Part shown: one piece after another, positions 57,207 through 64,000 of the stretch
Layout: each line of letters begins with the position of its first letter
Position numbering within the stretch: position 1 is the first letter of the stretch
Assembly (NCBI GenBank): GCA_051313645.2
Contig: JBNRSN020000020.1
Span: 106,516,001-106,580,000, forward strand
Reading direction: 5' to 3'
From: Centroscyllium fabricii
Lineage: Eukaryota
DNA length: 64,000 nt
Made by a program: the position numbers and the translations under genes
Notes under the pieces: generated by a model
Told to the model about the DNA's origin: nothing
What the model saw: only the letters and a program-made list of their open reading frames with translations
The model's database searches: none

Positions 57207-57549
57207 TGTCAGCTGTGTCTCAGTTGGTTGCACACTCGCCTCTGAGTCAGAAGGTTGTGAGTTCAAGTCCCACTCCAGAGACCTGCACACATAAAGTTAG
57301 GCTGACACTCCAGTGCAATGCTGAGGGAGTGCTGCGTTGTCGGAGGTGCCGCCTTTCGGATGAGCTGTTAACCCGAGGCCCCGACTGCTCTCTCAGGTGG
57401 AGGTAAAAGATCCCATGGCAGTGTTTTGAAGAAGAGTAGGGACATTATCCCTGGTGTGCTGGCCAATATTTCTCCCTCAATCAACATAACAATAAAAAAT
57501 AGATGATCTGGTTATTTTCACATTGCTGTTTGTGGGAGCTTGCTGTGCC
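57207..57549 (+). mobile_element. tRNA-derived DeuSINE (SacSINE1-like), 3'-truncated
   Basis: A-box-like TGTCTCAGTTGG, B-box-like GAGTTCAAGTCCC, Deu-domain-like GAGGGAGTGCTGCGTTGTCGGAGGTGCCGCCTTTCGGATGAG...GAGGCCCCG. Confidence 0.82.
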
Positions 57550-57570
57550 AGATTAACGGTGCTCAACCTG
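57548..57570. mobile_element. Orphan right terminal inverted repeat of the pogo/Tigger-like MITE
   Basis: GATTAACGGTGCTCAACCTG followed by TA; matches the MITE ends at 60179 and 63557. Confidence 0.8.
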
Positions 57571-59131
57571 TACTGGGATAAGAGAGAGCTGTTCCATTTG
57601 GACGGGCTTCAGTTGAACCAGGCTAGAGTCCTGGCGAATCGAATAACTAGGGCTGTAGAGAGGGCTTTAAACTAAATAGTGCGGGGGAGGATCGAGGCGA
57701 GCGGGAATTAAAAGAATCAATGAGAAAGCAATAGAGCAGGATAGAGATGGTGGAATTTTAACCAGAGTGTGACAGGAAGGGACAGAATGTTTAAAAATGA
57801 GTGCAACAGAAAATGGGGCCAAAACAAGGAGAGATGGTAAAAAGACAATGTTAAAAGTTCTATATCTGAATGCACGCAGCATTCATAACAAGATAGATGA
57901 GTTGACAATCCAAATGGGTATGATCTGATCGCCATTACAGAGACGTGGTTGCAAGGTGATCAAGGCTGGGAACTGAATATTCCAGGTTATTTGACAATTC
58001 AGAAGGATAGACAGAAAGGAAAGGGAGGTGGGTTGGCTTTGTTGGTAAAGGATGGGATCGGTGCAGTGGTGGGAAGTGATATTGGCTCAGAAGATCAAGA
58101 TGTAGAATCGGTTTGGTGGAGATAAAAAGTAATAAAGGGAAAATGTCTCTGGTGGGCGTAGTCTACAGGCCCCCGAACAGTAGCAATATTGCTGGACAGA
58201 GTATAAATCAACAAATAATGGAGGCCTGTAAAAAAGGTACGGTAATAATCATGGGTGATTTTAATATCCATATTGATTGGACAAATCAAATTGGCCATTG
58301 TAGTCTGGAGGAGGAGTTCATAGAGAGTATCTGGGATGGTTTCCTAGAACAGTATGTAATGGAACCAACCAGGGAGCAGGCTATCTTGGATCTGGTATTA
58401 TGCAATGAGACAGAATTAATAAATGATCTCCTAGGAAAGAGTGATCATAACATGGTTGAATTTCAAATTCATTTGGAGGGTGAGAAAGTTCTATCTCAAA
58501 CCAGTGTCCTGATCTTAAACAAAGGCAATTACAATAGCATGAGGACAGAACTGGCTAAAGTGGACTGGAAAATAAATTAAAGGGTAAGAAAGTTGAAATG
58601 CAGTGGCGGACATTTAAGGAGATATTTCATAACATTCAACAAAAATATATTCCAGTGTGAAAGAAAGATTTTAAGAGAAGGGAGCATCATCCGTGGCTAA
58701 AGGATGGTATTAAATTGAAAACGAAGGCATACAATGTTGCCAAGATTGGTGGGAGACCAGAGGATTGGGAATGTTTAAAAAAACAGCAAAGGATGACTAA
58801 AGAAATAATAGAGAGAAGATGAATTATGAGAGTAAACTGGCAAGAAACATTAAAACAGATGGTAAGAGCTTCTAAAGGTATATAAAAAGGAAGCGGGTAG
58901 CTAAAGTAAACGTTGGTCCCTTAGAGGATGAGACTGGGGAAATAATAAAGGGAAACGGGCAAATGGCCGAGACTCTGAACAACATCCCAATAATGGATAA
59001 TCAAGGGGCCACAGGGAGGGGGGAACTAAAGACAATCAGTATCACTAAGGAAGTACTACAGGTTGAGCACCGGTAGTCCGGCACGGGCGGGACCAGGCCC
59101 GTGCCGGGAAAATGAAAAAAACGGTAGAATG

Positions 59132-59510
59132 AAGTTCAAGTTCAAGTTCAAGTTCAAGATCAATTTTATTTGTCATTGTACAGCGAACAAACACCATACA
59201 ACGAAATGCTTACTGCTACCCGACACACCGTGCAACAACAACAACCGCGCAACAATTAAGCTGCCCGGCGCGAATGAGCCCGCAAGACGTCAGCCAAACT
59301 ACGGTGCCATCATCGAGTATCCCGTTCCTGCTCTGGCCACTCAACCGTTGGTAAAATTGTCCTCTCTCGCCCAGTCAATTCGCTCTGCCACTGTTCCTAG
59401 CGTGGCCGCTCTCAGTCCGACTCCCCGAATCCACGGAGCTCCGATCTCCGGGCGCAGCGTCCTGAGGCCTGAAGCCTAGCCCTCTCCGTCCCAGCTCCCC
59501 TGAGCTCCGA
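59132..59510 (-). mobile_element. Unclassified retroposon 3' end nested in the MITE (right boundary uncertain)
   Basis: Minus strand AATAAAATTGATC followed by a (TTGAAC)n tail; segment absent from the related MITE at 63056. Confidence 0.6.
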
Positions 59511-59511
59511 A

Positions 59512-59770
59512 CTCCAGCGCCCGACACAGGCTCCCCGGAGCTCCAGCGCCCGACACAGGCTCCCCGGAGCTCCAGCGCCCGACACAGGCTCCCCGGAGCT
59601 CCAGCGCCCGACACAGGCTCCCCGGAGCTCCAGCTCCCGACACAGGCTCCCCGGAGCTCCAGCGCCCGACACAGGCTCCCCGGAGCTCCAGCGCCCAACA
59701 CAGGCTCCCCGGAGCTCCAGCGCCCGACACAGGCTCCCCGGAGCTCCAGCTCCCGACACAGGCTCCCCGG
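59512..59770. repeat. 29-bp minisatellite (GCTCCAGCGCCCGACACAGGCTCCCCGGA), about 9 copies
   Basis: Near-perfect tandem repeat. Confidence 0.95.
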
Positions 59771-60682
59771 TCAGTGCGCATGCACGCACCATTCAAAATG
59801 GCCACGCGCATGCGCACAACATTGGAAATGGCCGCCGAATGTCCTTGCTGAGTCTCAGCTGCGGTTTGTGCCTCCTGATGACGGCCTGCAGGTTGCTCCG
59901 GGGAACCGCGCGCTCCACCATGGCGGGCGCGCAGGAGTCGCACATTCAAAACGCAGCACGAGTCGCCGCGCCCTGATGCCACGGAAGGCCCGGCTCGTCC
60001 GGCGGCCATTTTGAATGATCTGCGCATGCGCTCGCCGTTCGGCGGCGCATGTGCAGATCATTCGCCGAAGCCTCGATCGCAGCTGCCATTTTGCACATAC
60101 GCAGGGCAGTCGGGGCGATTTATACCGGACCACTGAAGTTGCCGGCGTTTCGGGTAATGGATTACCGGTGCTCAACCTGTACTTGGTAAAATAATGGGAC
60201 TAAAAGATGACAAGTCCCCTGGACCAAATGGCCTGCATCACAGGGTCTTAAAAGAAGTGGCAGCAGAGATAGTGGATGCATTAGTTGAAATATACCAAAA
60301 TTCCCTGGACTCTGGAGAGGTCCCAGCGGATTGGAAAACCGCAAATGTAACACCCCTATTTAAGAAAAGAGGGAGACAGAAAACAGGAAACTATAGACCA
60401 GTTAGCCTAACACCTGTCGTTGGGGAAAATGCTGGAGTCCTGCATTAAGGAAGCAGTAGCAGGACATTTGGAAAATCATAATGCAGTGAAGCAGAGTCAG
60501 CGTGGTTTTATGAAGAGAAATCATGTTTAACAAACTTGCTGGAGTTCTTTGAGGATGTAACAAGCAAGGTGGACAAAGGTGAACCAGTGGATGTGGTGTA
60601 TTTGGATTTCCAGAAGGCACTCGATAAGGTGCCACATAAAAGGTTACTGCACAAGATAAGAGCTCATGGAATTGTGGGTAAT

Positions 60683-60991
60683 CATAGAATCACAGAATCC
60701 CTACAGTGCAGATACAGGCCATTTCGGACTATCGAGCCTGCACCGACACATATCCCCACCCTATCCCCGTAACCCCACATATTTAATCCCCCTAACACTA
60801 AGGGTCAATTTATCCTGGCCAACCAACCTAACCCGCACATCTTTGGACTGTGGGAGGAAACCGGAGCACCCGGAGGAAACCCACGCAGACACGGGGAGAA
60901 TGTGCAAACTCCACACAGACAGTCACCCGAGGCCGGATTTGAACCCGGGCCCCTAGCGCTGTGAGGCAACAGTGCTAACCACTATGTCACC
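60683..60991 (-). mobile_element. HE1-type V-SINE
   Basis: tRNA-like head (AGTGGTTAGCAC; GGTTCAAATCC), V-domain GGAGTTTGCACATTCTCCCCGTGTCTGCGTGGGTTTCCTCCGG, CR1-like tail (GATTCTAT); TSD GTAAT (60678-60682 and 60992-60996). Confidence 0.9.
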
Positions 60992-61500
60992 GTAATATAG
61001 CAGCATGGATAGAGAATTGGCTAACTAACAGAAAGCAGAGAGTCGGAATAAATGGGTCATTTTCTTGTTGGCAAACGGTAACTGGAGGGGTGCCACAGGG
61101 ATCGCTGCTGGGGCCTCAACTATTTACAATCTGCATTAATGACTTGGATGAAGGGACCGAGTGTAATGTAGCCAAGTTTGCGGATAATACAAAGATGGGT
61201 GGGAAAGCAAGTGGTGCAGAGGACTCAAAGAATCTGCAAAGGGATATAGACAGGCTAAGTGAGTGGGCAAACATTTGGCAGATGGAGTATAATGTGGGAA
61301 AGTGTGAGGTTATCCACTTTGGCAGGAAAAATAAAAAAGCAAATTATTATTTAAATGGAGAGAGATTACAAAATGCTACAGTTCAGAGGGACCTGGGGAT
61401 CCTTGTGCATGAAACACAAAAAGTCAGCATGTAGATACAGCAAGTAATCAAAAAGGCAAATGGAATGTTGACCTTTATTTCAAGGGGGATGGAGTATAAA

Positions 61501-61989
61501 CAGAGGTGAACTTCCTCCTAAAATGCAAAAAATTCGACAAAACAAGAAAAACATACTTTGACAAATTAAGCTTGGCAATCCCAGATTTCAAAGAACTAGA
61601 TGATATATCAAAACTAAGAATAATCCTTGGCGAGGGAAATAGGGCACAGCTTAGTGCACAATACGTAACAGCATGCCACAACCTGAGAGACAGTGAATGA
61701 CCAACATGCACACACGCACGCACACACAAACAGAGACTAATCAACACTAATTATTATACTGTTTGTAACTGCAAGAACGTGTAGCAACCGATAAAAGGTT
61801 ACAGATGTATTGTGTGTATATATATATATACATATGTACAGGGGCATATCTGCCCATACATTGTATACCGGTATCTGTATCTGTATATATGCATTTTAAC
61901 TATGTATGTTATGTTTTATACTTTAGCAACATAGGGATGTATCCTGTCATGCCAATAAAGTTTTTTTTAATTGAAAAAAAAATTGAATT
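61501..61989 (+). mobile_element. Non-CR1 LINE 3' fragment (RTE-X/L2-like) nested in CR1
   Basis: C-terminal peptide EVNFLLKC...KLRIILGE...YVTACHNLRD*; AATAAA plus (AATTG)n tail; 7-bp TSD GTATAAA (61494-61500 and 61990-61996). Confidence 0.75.
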
Positions 61990-62631
61990 GTATAAAAGCA
62001 GGGAAGTCCTGCTACAACTGTACAAGGTATTGGTGAGACCACACCTGGAGTACTGCGTACAGTTTTGGTCTCCTTATTTAAGGAAGATATACTCGCATTG
62101 GAGGCAGTTCAGAGACGATTCACTAGATTAATTCCAGAGATGAGGAGGTTGACTTATGAAAGGTTGAGCAGTCTGGGCCTATACTCATTGGAATTTAGAA
62201 GAATGTGAGGTGATCTTTTTGAAACATATAAGATACTGAGGGGGCGCGACAAGGTAGATGCAAAAAGGATGTTTCCCCTCGTGGGGAAATCTAGAACTCG
62301 GGGGCACAGTTTCGGAATAAAGTGTCGCCCTTTTAGAACTGAGATGAGGAGGAATTTCTTCTCTCAGAGGGTCGTAAATCTGTGGAATTCTCTGCCCCAG
62401 AGAGCCGTGGAGGCTGGGTCATTAAATACATTTAAGGTGGAGATAGACAAAGTTTTGCAAGGTAAGGGAGTGAAGGGTTATGGGGAGCGGGCTGTGAAGT
62501 GGCTTTGAGCCCAAGATCAGCCCTGACCTTATTGAATGGCTCGAGGGGCCAAGGGGCCGATTCCTGCTCCTATTTCTTATGTTTCTTATAACCATGACAT
62601 ACCTACACTTCCCCTGTACCCTCCCCAAATT

Positions 62632-62979
62632 CCCCCCTATCTCTGTAACTTCCTCCAGCCCTAAAATCCTCCGCGATCTCGGTGCTTCTCCAATTCTGGC
62701 CTCTTGCACATTCCCCGATTTTAATCCCTCCACAATCGGTGGCCGTGCCTTCAGCTGCCTGGGCTCTAAGTTCTGGAATTCCCTCCCGAAACCTCTTTGC
62801 CTGTCGAGCTCTTTCTCCTCCTTTTAAGACGCTCCTTAAAACCTACCTCTTTGACCAAGCACCTGTCCGAATATCTCCTTATGTGGCTCGGTGTCAAACT
62901 TTGTTTGTTTGCGCTCCTGTGAAGCATCTTGGGACGTTTTGCTATGTTGAAGGCGCTATATAAATCCAAGTTGTTGTTG
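62632..62979 (+). mobile_element. L2-clade LINE 3' end
   Basis: GGRAFSCLG.K.WNSLP..L then FKTLLKTYLF; tail TGTGAAGCATCTTGGGAC...GGCGCTATATAAAT..(GTT)n. Confidence 0.85.
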
Positions 62980-63055
62980 GTGCTGAAGACACATCATATC
63001 ATCACCTGCTCTTCTTAAGTCCTCACCTCCCTCTGTCTGGAATAAAAAGCTAGTA

Positions 63056-63557
63056 CAGGTTGAGCACCGTTAATCCGACACGGTCGGGACCAGGCCCGTG
63101 CCGGACAAGTGAAAACACTGAAAGGCCGGCGACCATTTTGAATGGTCTGCGCATGCGCTTGCCGAAGCATCAATCGTTCGGGACCAGTCAAAATGGCCAC
63201 CGTGAAAGGTCGTTTTGAATGGTCTGCTCAGGCGATCATCATTCCGGGAGGCCCAGGATGGTTCGGGACCATTCCAAATGACCACCGTGAAGGGCCGGTG
63301 GCCATTTTGAACGGTCTGTGCATGCGCTCATCATTTGGGGAGGCCTGGGCTCATTCGGGACCATTCAAAATGGCCGCCGTGAAAGACCGGTGGCCATTTT
63401 GAATAGTCTGCGCATGTGCTCATCGTTCGGGGAGGCCCGGGCGTGCACAGCCTGGCACGGTGGCCATTTTGCGCATGCGCAGATTAGTCGGCCGGGTTCG
63501 TTTCGGACGACTGAAGTTGCCGGATTAATGGTGTCCGGATGAACGGTGCTCAACCTG
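63056..63557. mobile_element. pogo/Tigger-like MITE (502 bp), same family as 59059-60179
   Basis: TIR CAGGTTGAGCACCGTT; TA TSD; shared subterminal sequence; internal 80-90 bp quasi-palindromic repeats. Confidence 0.9.
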
Positions 63558-63559
63558 TA

Positions 63560-63742
63560 TCAGTAATGGTGACCATGAAATTACTGGATTTTCATAAAAA
63601 CCCATCGGGTTCACGAATGTCCTTGAGGGAAGGAAATCTGCCGTCCTTACCTGGTCTGGCCTACATGTGACTCCAGACCCACGGCAATGTGGTTGACTCT
63701 TAATGCCCTCTGAACTGGCCCAGCAAGACACTCAGTTGTACC
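63560..63742. mobile_element. Unclassified interspersed-repeat fragment (LINE 3' UTR-like)
   Basis: GGGAAGGAAATCTGCCGTCCTTACCTGGTCTGGCCTACATGTGACTCCAGAC resembles a common shark repeat from memory; no coding support. Confidence 0.45.
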
Positions 63743-63985
63743 AGGGATGACACGGTGGCGCAAGGGACGACACGGTGGCACAGTGGTTAGCGCTGCTGCC
63801 TCGCAATAAGGAGCTCCTGGGTTCGAATCCTGCTTGGCCTGGGACCTCTCTGCGTGGAGTTTGCATGTTCTCCCCGTGTTCGTGTGGGTTTCCTCCAGGT
63901 ACTCCGGTTTCCTCCCACCACCCAAAGACATGCAGGTTAGGTGAATTGGAGATGCTAAAAATTGCCCATGAGTATGTGTGTGAGA
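63743..63985 (+). mobile_element. V-SINE (HE1-like) with a duplicated 5' head of about 20 bp
   Basis: GGTGGCACAGTGGTTAGC (A box), GGTTCGAATCC (B box), V-domain matching the copy at 60683-60991. Confidence 0.88.
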
Positions 63986-64000
63986 TATAATTCTTGGAGT

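Larger units (their letters stand above)
59059..60179. mobile_element. Non-autonomous Tc1/mariner-superfamily (pogo/Tigger-like) element with internal insertion
   Basis: 17-bp perfect TIR CAGGTTGAGCACCGGTA; TA on both sides; CR1 ORF2 continues across it. Confidence 0.9.
57848..62508 (+). pseudogene. CR1 ORF2 (endonuclease and RT) with many stops and frameshifts
   Basis: Collinear ORF fragments starting at 58113, 60194, 60536, 61090, about 61990 and 62269. Confidence 0.9.
57571..62588 (+). mobile_element. Long decayed CR1 LINE (end of ORF1 esterase, whole ORF2, 3' UTR) with three nested insertions
   Basis: WDKRELFHLDGLQLN (ORF1 end); LYLNARSI, GVVYRPP, IMGDFN, SDHNMV (APE); KSPGP.G, YRPVSLT, YLDFQKA.DKV, GVPQGSLLGP, FADNTK (RT); tail TTTCTTATGTTTCTTA. 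Confidence 0.93.

Noticed and set aside
59063-60175. ORFs in the MITE as a transposase or host gene
   Set aside because: No DDE or HTH motifs; the frames are open because of high GC and the 29-bp repeat.
57207-63830. tRNA genes at the A/B-box sequences (57215, 60940-60990, 63775)
   Set aside because: They are SINE heads that continue into Deu or V domains, without a full cloverleaf.

Overview
Vertebrate repeat-dense DNA, most likely from a shark or ray (HE1-type V-SINEs, SacSINE1-type DeuSINEs, HER1/CR1 LINEs). No host gene can be called with confidence. Bases 1-49.28 kb are a tandem array of about 2,000 copies of a 21-bp satellite (TCAGTCAGTAATCTC[T/C]CCTCT) with layered 1-3 kb higher-order repeats. 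The array is interrupted by a young 5'-truncated CR1 (10.09-10.85 kb) and by an apparently intact chromodomain Gypsy (Tf1/sushi-type, 18481-24106). That Gypsy has identical-looking LTRs, an 11-nt self-priming PBS and a -1 frameshift pseudoknot. The last 15 kb is a nested pile of transposons: three minisatellites that arose inside TEs, a defective minus-strand Gypsy (52285-56806), a long decayed CR1 carrying nested insertions, and pogo/Tigger-like MITEs rich in YY1- and NRF1-like motifs. The most unusual signal is in the second Gypsy. It has no tRNA PBS; the 15 nt after its 5' LTR are instead perfectly complementary to the LTR's own poly(A)-signal region, and its RT active site reads YLDN. Nearly all long ORFs in the track are artefacts of the satellite. 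All comparisons were made by eye.
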